Source: Candidatus Bathyarchaeota archaeon (lineage in GTDB: Archaea; Thermoproteota; CALKCG01; B24; JAGTQN01). Taken from it: a DNA stretch of 50,050 nucleotides. The stretch lies in assembly GCA_018396395.1 (NCBI GenBank), contig JAGTQN010000002.1, positions 1-50,050 on the forward strand, given 5' to 3'. Every line of letters begins with the position of its first letter. The stretch's first letter is position 1. Below, one piece after another: positions 39,319 through 48,932 of the stretch. The translations under genes were made by a program, and so were the position numbers. The notes beneath the pieces were generated by a model. The model was not told the DNA's origin and searched no databases. It was given only the letters and a program-made list of their open reading frames with translations.

Positions 39319-40193
39319 AAAGAAAAGAAGGTTTGAACTTCTTTAGTTTCTTCAAGATTCAAAGCCTCACGTCTAGGATACCCCGCCCTTTCCCAGGCCC
39401 TTTTCTCGAAAACTAGTTCATTCATTTTACTTTCCTTCTGTTTTCATTCAACAAAAATATCAAATATTGCGCTTCCTGTTGGTTAGAGGTCAAATGCAAC
39501 TTTATCGTTCTTATATATTTTTCCCTAAAACTAATGGAAACAACTTCCGATTCATCATAAGCTTCTTTATTGGCTTCAAGAACTCCGTGAGCGAAAGATG
39601 CGAAGTCTAAAGTCTGAGGATGCCACGGTCTGATTCAAATTATCTTCGTTTATGCCAATAGAAGAACGCTTATCTTACAAGTAAAGTTTAAGCGAGATTC
39701 TTCTAGGTTTTGCCTGAATGCATGTGAGACTAATCCTTTCACACTTTCTCTAGCCAAGATCCGACTTATCATCCATGCAAACAAGGATGAGAGAAAACAG
39801 AATGAAGTTGATGGACGCAAAAATTCCTTTTCGAATGCTAACTTTTAACTATGCTTGTAATAAAGATGTTCCCGAAGAATTTTGTTAGGAAGCCCGGGCA
39901 CCTCTTCTTTTTGGATGAACCATGGGACCTCTTTCCTTCGAGGCCTCAGCAGATTTTTAAAGCACTTAATATCATCACTACTTCGGGAAGTCTATGCCAG
40001 AGCTTTTCCTCGACTATCTTTGGCTTATCATATGGATACTCATTGTCATCATCGGCATCCTTTGCTTTCTATATCCTTTTCTAGAACCAAAGCCGGAGGA
40101 GATAGAGAGAAAGAAGCCATGAAGGGGATCACAAGAAGAGCTGCAGTCCTTTTCCGTAGCCCTTAGGAATTCCTTGGAAAAGGGTGCTATTCT

Positions 40194-43043
40194 TTGAATG
40201 TTTTTTCCCTTCTTTCGAAACCCCTGATAAGAGCCCTTCGAGAGGAGGGAATCGAAGAACCCACGGAGATCCAACGCCTGGCCATTCCAAGAATTCTCAT
40301 GGGTGAGAATGTCCTCCTCATAGCTCCTACAGGAACTGGTAAGACTGAGGGTGCCTGTATTCCCGTTTTTGAACTCTTCCTAAGAACGACGCCTTCCTTA
40401 TTCATGAAAGCCCGTCATGAAGGTATAGTGATCCTCTATATCACGCCCTTAAGGGCCCTGAACCGCGACATATTTAGAAGGCTTTTCAGGATTGGGGAAA
40501 GGATAGGGCTAAAGATCGAGGTTAGACATGGAGATACGGACCAAGCCACGAGAAGGCTCCAATCCATAAAGCCCCCAGATATGCTGATAACGACGCCTGA
40601 AACCCTTCAAGCCATCCTTCCAGGAAGGAGGCTGAAAGATTATTTACGAAACATTAGATGGGTAATAGTTGATGAGGTTCACGAGATCTGTTCTGATAAG
40701 CGAGGGGCCCAGCTCTGCATAGCCTTGGAACGCCTTCGTTGGCTAACGGGAAGAAGGTTTCAGCGCATCGGCCTTTCGGCTACGATCGGGGATCCTGAAC
40801 TAGTGGCAAGGTTTCTGGGGGGCTTGGAAGAAGTAAAGGTCTTAAGGGTTCCAAGTCCCAAGGAAATGGAGATTTGGGTCGAAAGTCCCTCCCCGACTGC
40901 CGAGGATGAAAAGGCTGCAGATAGGCTCCTAATTTCTCCTGGGAGTGTAGCCCGTGTAAGGCGAATCCTAGAGCTTATGGATAGCTATCAGCCGATGCTA
41001 GTCTTCGTCAATACTAGGGAGCATGCAGAGGCCCTTGCTTCTAGAATCCTTTCCCTCCAACAAACCTCGAAGGTAGGGGTCCATCATGGATCCCTTTCCA
41101 GAGATGTCCGGGTAAAAACCGAGCAAGATCTGAGGGAGGGGCGCCTACAGTGCGTTATAGCGACTTCAAGCCTTGAACTGGGCATCGATATTGGAACTCT
41201 GGACTTCGTGGTCCATTACATGTCCCCTCGCCAGGTTGTACGCCTTGTCCATAGGATAGGTCGAAGTGGCCATGCAGTTCTTGAGAAAAGTCGAGGATGC
41301 ATCCTCAGTGGTTTGCCTGAGGACATTTTGGAATCGGCCATCATAGCCAAGCGAATGCTAGAAGGGAGGCTAGAGAAGCCGATTATTCAATATAGTGCCC
41401 TTGATGTTTTGGCCCACCAGATTGCGGGGCTCCTCCTCGATAGGGGGAGCCTTCGTTTATCGGAGGCCTTCGAAAGCCTTCGAAAGGCCTATCCTTACCA
41501 AAATCTCGAACTCGAAGACTTCGAACTCACCATCCGACAGATGGCCGAAACACGCCTCATCTCCTTATATGGAGATACCATAAGCCCAAGGCGAAGGCTC
41601 CACAAGTACTACTTCGAAAATATCTCCATGATTCCTGAAGTAAGGCAGTACAGTGTCTATGATTTTTCCATGGGAAAAACGATAGGCTTCTTGGATCAAG
41701 AGTTTATAGGAAGAAACGGATCCCCAGGCGTTGAATTCATCATGCACGGTCAGACATGGCGAATTCTGAGCATAGAAGATGAGAGACATCGAGTCAATGT
41801 TGAGCCTATCGAGGGTAGCCTTGGAGCGATTCCGAGCTGGGAGGGGGAAATCATACCAGTTCCTTTTGAGGTTGCCGAGGAACTGGGTCTGGTCTATGGA
41901 TCTTTAGAATCAGCTATAAGGGAGGGTAAAGATGCCATAACCCTCCTCGAATCTTATCCAATAACCATAGATGCCAAGAAGAAGATTGTCGAATATGTTT
42001 CTCAGCAGATCATGAAAGGTTTTGAGGTCCCCACGGATAAAAGAATCGTTGTGGAGGGAAATGGAAGGTATATAGTCATTCATGCCTGCTTTGGAAACCT
42101 TATCAACGAGGCTTTGGGAAGGGTACTTTCAGCCATCCTAAGCAATCGTTTTGGGAGCTCCATCGGAATGCATGTCGATGCCTATAGGATTGCCCTTATT
42201 ACCGATGGAGGAATCGCTCCGAAGGATGTAATTCAGGAGATTAGGGGGCTGGAGCCTGGGCAAGTAACCTCAGTCCTTAAAGCCATCCTTCCAGAAACTA
42301 CCCTCTTCGCCTGGCATCTCTGGAATGTGGCCAAGAGATTCGGTATTGTGGAACGGGAAGCCGACTATTCCCTCTCGAAGGCTCGAGCCCTTGTTACCAT
42401 GCTTCAGAAAACTGCCGTTTTTGAGGAAACCTTTCGAGAGCTTTTCATTGAAAAACTCGATATCCATGGGGCTGAGGAGGTCTTGTCCTTGATAAAAGAG
42501 GGAAAAATCGAGGTCCTACCCTCGAGGGGTTCTGAGCCAGCCTCCCCTATGGCCCTTCCGATCCTCGATAGAATCGCCCCCCATGACCTTCTTAGGCCTG
42601 CCCTTCCTTCATCCGAAATTCTTTTCTATGTGAAGGAAAGGCTGAATAGGGAACGCCTCAAGCTCATATGCCTCTACAAGAACGATTGGGAATCGATACA
42701 GCAGATTGGCATGCTTGAGAAAGAGATTCGATGCCCCAACTGTGGCTCTACGCTCATTGCTGCTACAAGCCCCCAAGATCTAGAGCTCCGGAGAATAATT
42801 GCTAAAAAGTTGGAAGGAAAAATACTGGGACCTGAGGAGGCAAAACGTTGGATGACAGCTTGGAAGAGTGCAGGCCTCCTCCAGACATACGGGCGCCTTG
42901 GAGCCCTTCTCTTAGCGGGTAGGGGAATAGGTCCCACGATGGCAATCCGTCTTCTCCGTCGATACTATCGTTCTGAGGATGAGCTTTACTACCAGATCCT
43001 GAAAGCAGAGAGGGAATTCGTTAGGACAAGGCCATTCTGGTAG
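40194..43043 (+). CDS. lhr: Lhr-type large ATP-dependent DEAD/DEAH-box helicase
   Basis: Motif I APTGTGKT, motif II VDEVH, motif III SAT, motif VI HRIGRSGH, and a long C-terminal Lhr-like region with a CPNCGS zinc element. 949 aa, TTG start. Confidence 0.88.
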   Translation: MNVFSLLSKPLIRALREEGIEEPTEIQRLAIPRILMGENVLLIAPTGTGKTEGACIPVFELFLRTTPSLFMKARHEGIVILYITPLRALNRDIFRRLFRIGERIGLKIEVRHGDTDQATRRLQSIKPPDMLITTPETLQAILPGRRLKDYLRNIRWVIVDEVHEICSDKRGAQLCIALERLRWLTGRRFQRIGLSATIGDPELVARFLGGLEEVKVLRVPSPKEMEIWVESPSPTAEDEKAADRLLISPGSVARVRRILELMDSYQPMLVFVNTREHAEALASRILSLQQTSKVGVHHGSLSRDVRVKTEQDLREGRLQCVIATSSLELGIDIGTLDFVVHYMSPRQVVRLVHRIGRSGHAVLEKSRGCILSGLPEDILESAIIAKRMLEGRLEKPIIQYSALDVLAHQIAGLLLDRGSLRLSEAFESLRKAYPYQNLELEDFELTIRQMAETRLISLYGDTISPRRRLHKYYFENISMIPEVRQYSVYDFSMGKTIGFLDQEFIGRNGSPGVEFIMHGQTWRILSIEDERHRVNVEPIEGSLGAIPSWEGEIIPVPFEVAEELGLVYGSLESAIREGKDAITLLESYPITIDAKKKIVEYVSQQIMKGFEVPTDKRIVVEGNGRYIVIHACFGNLINEALGRVLSAILSNRFGSSIGMHVDAYRIALITDGGIAPKDVIQEIRGLEPGQVTSVLKAILPETTLFAWHLWNVAKRFGIVEREADYSLSKARALVTMLQKTAVFEETFRELFIEKLDIHGAEEVLSLIKEGKIEVLPSRGSEPASPMALPILDRIAPHDLLRPALPSSEILFYVKERLNRERLKLICLYKNDWESIQQIGMLEKEIRCPNCGSTLIAATSPQDLELRRIIAKKLEGKILGPEEAKRWMTAWKSAGLLQTYGRLGALLLAGRGIGPTMAIRLLRRYYRSEDELYYQILKAEREFVRTRPFW

Positions 43044-43490
43044 GCTAGCCAATCGAGGGAGTTGAGAAAAAGATAGGAGGGATGGAGCCTTCCAAGGATC
43101 GAAGGAAAGCCCTAGATGTTTTTGTTTTGGTTGCTTTGTGGCGTAATTCTTTTTTCCGGATTTTTCTTTCCGTTTCTGACCATCAAGATGGACGATTTTA
43201 GGAAATGGCTCCATGACTAAGACGGAGACGCTCCCCATTACCCATAAACCATCATTGAGCCACAAACAGTTTTGGCTGGTTTTTTCATTTGAGCTCATTC
43301 AAGCCTTGCTAGAATCCTCTAAGACTTCTATTATTGTATGAATCTTGGAATCGTAGTCCTTTTCCAAGTTGCTTTTAGAGGCATCTTTTCAATTCAATTC
43401 AATTTTCCTCCATAAAAGCTGCTATGCTTTTCCCCAATGGGAAGGTATAAGAGTAAGTAAGGGGGCCCAATATAAGGGAAGGAAGCGTAG

Positions 43491-44039
43491 ATGGCCTCCG
43501 TAGATTATAAGGCGATCCTTGAAGAGATCAGGCGGGGAAGAGCTGCCCTAGAGGTTCTGGAATCCGTTATCCCGGGATATAGGGGCTATAAGGAACGGGA
43601 GATGCGACGGGAAACGGATCGCTTAGTGCGGAATATTCTCTATGAAAGGCTTATCAGGGCTAAGGATGCGATTAGGATAGCCTATTTTTCCATCGTAGAA
43701 AGGGGGCTCTCGAATCTTTATGAAGGTATGAACCGCCTGAATGCTGTTATGGATAGGGTTTCTGAAAGGGTTAACCATGCCGAGTATGGATATGCGGGTT
43801 TCTTCGATGCCATAAAGGTTAAGGAAGAAGCTTTAGATAGAATGCTTTCCTTCGATGCTAACCTCTTGAAGGTTGTTCAAGAAGTGGAGGATATGGGCCA
43901 AAAACTGATGGCTGCTGGAAGTACGGAGCCAGCGACGAGCATAAAAGAGAGGTTGGACGCCCTAATGGGCTCCCTAAGGGAGCTAGAGACCATCTTCAAC
44001 GAAAGAAAGAACGCAATCCTAGGGTTAAAAGGTAATTGA
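43491..44039 (+). CDS. hypothetical all-helical protein (first gene of SPFH module)
   Basis: 182-aa ORF with normal-looking composition, 20 nt upstream of the SPFH gene on the same strand. No family recognised. Confidence 0.5.
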   Translation: MASVDYKAILEEIRRGRAALEVLESVIPGYRGYKEREMRRETDRLVRNILYERLIRAKDAIRIAYFSIVERGLSNLYEGMNRLNAVMDRVSERVNHAEYGYAGFFDAIKVKEEALDRMLSFDANLLKVVQEVEDMGQKLMAAGSTEPATSIKERLDALMGSLRELETIFNERKNAILGLKGN

Positions 44040-44059
44040 TGAAAGGAGGGGAAAGCTGA

Positions 44060-45034
44060 ATGCCTCAAGTTATTGAGTGGGTTAATCCCTCTGGGGAAGA
44101 TGTTGTTTGGAGATATCCGATGGAAGACATTACGTGGGGAGCCCAGCTCATCGTCCATGAGATGGAGGCTGCCGTCTTCTTTAGAGATGGAAAGGTATAC
44201 GAAGTCTTCGGTCCTGGACGCCACACCCTTACGACCCAGAACCTTCCGCTTCTTACGGGAGTCCTTTCTAGGATCGCTGGCTTTGATCGTAACCCATTCA
44301 AATGTATGGTCATATATGTTTCAATGAAACGCTTTGCGGGGAAGTTTGGTGGTAGAACGCAGACCGTAGAAATAGCTCCCCTGATGTTCCATGGTAGCTA
44401 TTGGTTCCAGATCAAGGATCCATCCCTATTCGTTATGGAAGTTGTTGGAAGGCAATCCCTCTTTACGACTACTGATGTCAACGAATACATTCGGGGCTAT
44501 ATCAATGAGGCCGCCCTAAAGCAACTTTCGACTTATAGCATTTTCAACGTCTTCACGAATCTTCCTATCGTTTCCTCTGAGGTGAAGGTCAGGATAGCGG
44601 AAGAGTTAACCAGATTCGGCATGGAGCTTACGGATTTACGTTTTGAAGGCGTCGACACGGCTCCAGAGTGGAGGGATCGAATTTTCTACATAAGGGGTAC
44701 TGGAGTCGCTCCGAGTGAGGTACTAAGAATGGAAACAGTAAAAGAGGCGGCCAAGGAGCTTGGAAAGTCACCGGGGGCTGCTGTGGGGGCTGGAGTGGTT
44801 TTGGTACCTCCGCTTCTTTACCCTCCCCCTCAGGCAGGACAGCCTATGGTTCCATGTCCTAAATGCGGAGCATCCATGCCGCAAGGATCCAAGTTCTGCT
44901 CTAACTGTGGCTCACCCTTAACGGGTCAGCCAGCGGCATCCCAAGGGATTACAACCAAGAATTGCCCCAACTGTAACAAAGCAGTTCCAGCCGAATCGAA
45001 ATTCTGCCTCCACTGTGGCTTCAAGTTTCCGTGA
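44060..45034 (+). CDS. SPFH/band-7 domain protein with C-terminal double zinc ribbon (COG4260/YdjI-like)
   Basis: N-terminus VIEWVNPSGEDVVWRYP...GAQLIVHEMEAAVFFRDGKV is typical of YdjI-like SPFH proteins. The Gly/Pro linker is followed by CPKCG...CSNCG and CPNCN...CLHCG. Confidence 0.75.
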   Translation: MPQVIEWVNPSGEDVVWRYPMEDITWGAQLIVHEMEAAVFFRDGKVYEVFGPGRHTLTTQNLPLLTGVLSRIAGFDRNPFKCMVIYVSMKRFAGKFGGRTQTVEIAPLMFHGSYWFQIKDPSLFVMEVVGRQSLFTTTDVNEYIRGYINEAALKQLSTYSIFNVFTNLPIVSSEVKVRIAEELTRFGMELTDLRFEGVDTAPEWRDRIFYIRGTGVAPSEVLRMETVKEAAKELGKSPGAAVGAGVVLVPPLLYPPPQAGQPMVPCPKCGASMPQGSKFCSNCGSPLTGQPAASQGITTKNCPNCNKAVPAESKFCLHCGFKFP

Positions 45035-45369
45035 TTCCCATGGCATTTTCTAGATACGGTTTTACAGCTATAGGTATTCTTCTTATATCTCTAGGTCTTA
45101 GCGCACTTCTCTATGCGAGTGGCATCATAACGAATCTATGGCTTCTTTTCTCCCTTAATGCCGCTGCCATCGGGGCTTGGACCATCGTATATGGACTGGG
45201 CTATAAGGAAGCTGAAAGGAGCTTTTATAGTGGTTGGGGAGCTTTCCTCATACTTATGGCAATATCATTTACAGCTTTTGGCATCCTCTCAAACTTCATC
45301 TATGCATTTGCTCTTTTAGCCATAGGTATCGGCATCCTCATCCTTCTAGCCGTTTATAAGCGTAGATAG
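45031..45369 (+). CDS. small integral membrane protein (about 4 TM helices)
   Basis: The GTG start overlaps the SPFH stop (the ATG at 45040 is an alternative). Strongly hydrophobic 112-aa product. Confidence 0.55.
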   Translation: MIPMAFSRYGFTAIGILLISLGLSALLYASGIITNLWLLFSLNAAAIGAWTIVYGLGYKEAERSFYSGWGAFLILMAISFTAFGILSNFIYAFALLAIGIGILILLAVYKRR

Positions 45370-45398
45370 CCTTCAAAGCAAATCGAATTAAACCATAT

Positions 45399-45432
45399 TC
45401 CTTTCTTTTCCTTTCCTTTTCTATTTTTCTCT
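45399..45432. terminator. pyrimidine/T-rich tract between convergent genes
   Basis: TTCCTTTCTTTTCCTTTCCTTTTCTATTTTTCTC lies between the SPFH-module end (45369) and the leuS end (45531). Confidence 0.3.
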
Positions 45433-45530
45433 AGGAAAACCTCATGACTTTAAATATTACAGCCTAAGGAAAACGATGAGTAATGCCCATTCCCATTTAT
45501 CGGAATTGTAGAAAAAATCGATTTAGCCAT

Positions 45531-48419
45531 CTATTCTACATATATGGCTGGCCTTCCAGGCCTGGCGGAACTGGCACGGTTCTTTGGGTCGTATTTTTTG
45601 CCATCATCCTCATCATAAACGATTACCGTCGAATGGAGCTCATCGGCCAAGAATGCAGAGGCATCCTTCAAAATCTCAAGTTCGTTCAAGAAGCCAAGCT
45701 CGAGGAGTTTCCTCATACGATCTTTGGGTAGCTTTTTTGCCTCCTCCAAAGCCTTGTTCACAAAGGACGGGAGAAGCCTAGACCTCTCAGCAAGATAGGG
45801 GTCCTCCCTTAGTTTTCGAATGATGGCTCCCATATCTGTAATTCCATCCCCTACGAGGCGCAAAAGTTCTCTGTAGGCTTTATACTTCCAGGCGGCTGCT
45901 GTGTAGTAGCTGACAAGCCTTGGTTTTAGGCCCGTAGCCTGCAGCACTCTCTGGGTATCTTCCAAAAGATCCTTAAGAAACCTCTCGGTCTCAAGGGCTT
46001 TTTCATCCACTTTTTTGGCATCATAGAGGGGCCATGGAGCATTTGAAACGAAGTCCCTATTCCCGAGTCTATGCCAAAGCTCCTCGCATATGAAGGGGAT
46101 GAAGGGTGCCAGAAGCCTTATCCAGACTCCTAGGAATTCTTTAAGGGTCGCCGCATCAGGAGCCTTCACCCTCCTTAAGTACCATCGGAGGTCATTCCAA
46201 ACCTCGTAGAAGGCTATTTCAGCTGCCGAGCGCGTTCTAAGGGCTTCAAGCTCCTCCGTAACCTGCTTTATGCGCTCCTGAAGCCTTGCTAGGATCCAGG
46301 CTTCGAGATGCCCATTTGAAGCCTTCACTTCAAGGCTCGAAAGCTCCATGACAAAATTGTAGAAAGCTTCTAGACGGCTTCTGACCTCTTGGGCTGTGCT
46401 AGTCCTCCAATCAGGATCATCCATACCCTGAGCACCAAGGGCAAGGGTAAGCCTTGTCGCATCGGCTCCATAGCTGTTCACAGCCTTCTTAAGAGTTACA
46501 AAATTCCCCTTAGACTTTGACATCTTGGCGCCCTCGATCATAAGATAGCCGTTTAGACCTATCCCCCTTGGCCAGTGACGCTGCTCGAAGAGCGCTACAT
46601 GATGGAAGATGAAGAAAGTTAGATGGTTTCTTATGAGCTCCTTGGCCGAATTCCTTAGGTCAACCGGATACCAGTACAAGAATTCATTCCGCATTTCCTT
46701 GAGAAGGGAAGCCTCCAAGCCAGATTTTCTCGAAATTTCCTCCAGATTGCCCTTTTCTAGGAAGATATAATCAAAGACTTCGTTCGTAAGCTGTTTCTCG
46801 TTTAGCCCGTAGGCTACGATGTGTTTCCGGATCGTGTAGAAAGCCATGTATATCGTGGAATCGCTGAGGGTTTCGACGATCCAGTCATCGCTCCATGGTA
46901 GGGGAGTTCCTAAGCCCGTCCTTCTGGCACACGGCCAGTCCCTGAGCCAATCGATGGTCTGGTGGAAGTAGGACCTGGCCGACTCTGGATAGATGGCAGC
47001 TAGATCGACGGCTTTGTGGGCTAAGGCCTTCCAATCCTGATCCGAGTACTTTAGGAACCACTGGTCCTCAAGGATCTTTACGATGCAGGGGGTTGTGCAT
47101 CGACATACAACCCTCCGAGGAAGATCGTACATGGAATCTGCTATACCTGCATCCTTAAATTCCTGTATTAGCTCTGCCTTTACTTCGCTCACAAGGCGTC
47201 CCGCATACTTTCCACAGATGGGCTTGAGGATGCCCGTGTGGAACTCCTTCCTGTAGATTTCATTCGTGGCTTCCTCAAGTCTAGCATCAAGCTGATCCTT
47301 TATTCCCATCCTTTCTACGATTTCGATGGCGGGATGCTCTCCATATCCCTCGACCTTAATTAGGGATATGGGCTTAATGCTTCTTACAACCTCGGGGCTA
47401 ATCCCGAAGACTTGGAGCTTTTCGGGCTTCTCTAGAAGATCCCTTATGGCAACCCAGTCGACGGGGGCATGGGAAGGTACGCTATAAACAAGACCTGTAG
47501 CAGACTCTGGATCCACGAACCAACCTGGAAGAATGGGAAGGCTTCTGCCTCCGATAGGCTCCTCAAAGGTCTTTCCCACGAGCTCAGAGCCTTTAAACTC
47601 CCGAAGTACTTCAACCTTGCGTAGCTGTTCTTTAAGCTTCATGGCTGCCTTTTGGCTTACGATCCATCTTTCTCCGTCAACGAAGGCCTCCACATATGGG
47701 GCATCAGGGTTGACGAACATATTCGTAATGCCATAAATAGTCTCTGGACGGAAGGTTGCTGCAGGTGCGAAGGCATTAGCTATTCGAAACTTGATGAGGG
47801 TATACTCCTCAGGTGAAACTCCCTCGCCTTCCAGTCTATCGTGGTCGCCTGTAGGACTTTCATCATGGGGACACCACACAACAGGATGGGTTCCCTTGGT
47901 TACGAAACCCTTACTTCTAAGGGTTTCGTACTGCCACGCTATGAAGCGGCTGTAGGTGGGCTCTAGGTAGGTCGTATGGAACTCCCGACGCCAGTCGATG
48001 GAAAGGCCTAGCCTCTTAAGGACCTCCTTACTATCTTCTGTATAGTACCGAGCCATATAGGCCGGGTCTGTGAGCTTCTCGAGTTCCTCCTCAGAAACGC
48101 CATCAATGAGCTTCAGAGCCCTTATCATGCTCTCGTCACCCCTCTTCAGACGTAGGGCTGCCCCGACGATGGGCTCCCCTGTCCAATGCCATGCCCATGG
48201 GAAGAGGGTGTTGTAGCCCTGCATGCGCCTGAAGCGTGCATAGATATCTACACGCGTTGAGGTGAAGCCATGACCCACATGGAGCGGCCCGTCCATATAG
48301 GGATATGGAACTGTTACGAAGCATTTCCTTCGATCTGGGATGGGGTCGCTCTCGAAGATCCTGGCCTTCTCCCACTCTCGCCTCCATTTTTCCTCAAGGG
48401 CCTTGAAGTCTATGGGCAT
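45531..48419 (-). CDS. leuS: leucine--tRNA ligase (archaeal type)
   Basis: HIGH-region PYMDGPLHVGHG, KMSKS loop GAKMSKSKGN, and a CP1 editing insertion. 962 aa. Confidence 0.96.
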   Translation of the reverse strand: MPIDFKALEEKWRREWEKARIFESDPIPDRRKCFVTVPYPYMDGPLHVGHGFTSTRVDIYARFRRMQGYNTLFPWAWHWTGEPIVGAALRLKRGDESMIRALKLIDGVSEEELEKLTDPAYMARYYTEDSKEVLKRLGLSIDWRREFHTTYLEPTYSRFIAWQYETLRSKGFVTKGTHPVVWCPHDESPTGDHDRLEGEGVSPEEYTLIKFRIANAFAPAATFRPETIYGITNMFVNPDAPYVEAFVDGERWIVSQKAAMKLKEQLRKVEVLREFKGSELVGKTFEEPIGGRSLPILPGWFVDPESATGLVYSVPSHAPVDWVAIRDLLEKPEKLQVFGISPEVVRSIKPISLIKVEGYGEHPAIEIVERMGIKDQLDARLEEATNEIYRKEFHTGILKPICGKYAGRLVSEVKAELIQEFKDAGIADSMYDLPRRVVCRCTTPCIVKILEDQWFLKYSDQDWKALAHKAVDLAAIYPESARSYFHQTIDWLRDWPCARRTGLGTPLPWSDDWIVETLSDSTIYMAFYTIRKHIVAYGLNEKQLTNEVFDYIFLEKGNLEEISRKSGLEASLLKEMRNEFLYWYPVDLRNSAKELIRNHLTFFIFHHVALFEQRHWPRGIGLNGYLMIEGAKMSKSKGNFVTLKKAVNSYGADATRLTLALGAQGMDDPDWRTSTAQEVRSRLEAFYNFVMELSSLEVKASNGHLEAWILARLQERIKQVTEELEALRTRSAAEIAFYEVWNDLRWYLRRVKAPDAATLKEFLGVWIRLLAPFIPFICEELWHRLGNRDFVSNAPWPLYDAKKVDEKALETERFLKDLLEDTQRVLQATGLKPRLVSYYTAAAWKYKAYRELLRLVGDGITDMGAIIRKLREDPYLAERSRLLPSFVNKALEEAKKLPKDRMRKLLELGFLNELEILKDASAFLADELHSTVIVYDEDDGKKYDPKNRASSARPGRPAIYVE

Positions 48420-48792
48420 AGGGCTCTCCTTTAGACTAAGATAGATTAGTTTAGCTAATTTCTTTACGTAGGATTTTAAACCTTTAAAGATTTCAAGGGG
48501 GCTGATGGAAAAACCGTTTCATCGAAAGATAAAATGGCATGCCTTTTCTGACTTTAAATTTGAAGCCCATTTTGGGCTTAACTGAGGGTGTGAGAGCCCG
48601 CCCAAAGCATGAAAGGGGGGCATGCCTCGTCTTCTTAATATGAGCGAAAGACCTAATTTAATTCATGGATAAATTATAGAATATCCGTATATTGTTTGAT
48701 CAAAAGTTAAAGACCCTTAAAAGCTCTATCGAGCTTTTTCTTATCAAAAAATGGGAAAATCTTTGGTTTGTTAAGCTGACATAACCTAATTC

Positions 48793-48822
48793 CTAAATAT
48801 GATAGGTATATTAATTGCAATC
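48793..48822. repeat. 30-bp direct repeat copy 1 (CTAAATATGATAGGTATATTAATTGCAATC)
   Basis: Matches 48860-48889 at 29 of 30 positions. 23% GC. Contains the palindrome ATTGCAAT and the TATA-like TATATTAA. Confidence 0.85.
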
Positions 48823-48859
48823 TCACAATAGAAGAGAGTATCCGGGGAATCGTAGGTCA

Positions 48860-48889
48860 CTAAATTTGATAGGTATATTAATTGCAATC
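48860..48889. repeat. 30-bp direct repeat copy 2 (CTAAATTTGATAGGTATATTAATTGCAATC)
   Basis: Second copy, 37 nt after copy 1 (period 67 nt). Ends 43 nt upstream of the ATG at 48933. Confidence 0.85.
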
Positions 48890-48901
48890 CTTTCCTTATA
48901 A

Positions 48902-48911
48902 TTTTTATAAT
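48902..48911 (+). promoter_or_regulatory. putative TATA box for the nucleoside hydrolase gene (near-leaderless transcript)
   Basis: TTTTTATAAT is centred about 27 nt upstream of the ATG at 48933. The spacing fits archaeal TATA-to-TSS geometry. Not verified. Confidence 0.35.
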
Positions 48912-48932
48912 CTTCCAAGGGTGTTATGAAAC

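Noticed and set aside
38601-40193. An integrated element using tRNA-Asp as an attachment site.
   Set aside because: I found no direct repeat of the tRNA 3' half downstream. There are no integrase, transposase or viral-type genes. The adjacent PK_C-like gene looks like an ordinary archaeal gene.
42912-43298. A 128-aa minus-strand ORF, and a 39-aa plus-strand ORF at 43082-43201 preceded by AGGAGGG.
   Set aside because: The first overlaps the conserved lhr 3' end in antisense. The second is too short and has no recognisable features. The SD-like sequence alone is insufficient support.
45483-45731. An 82-aa plus-strand ORF.
   Set aside because: It overlaps the leuS C-terminal coding region in antisense and its product does not look protein-like.
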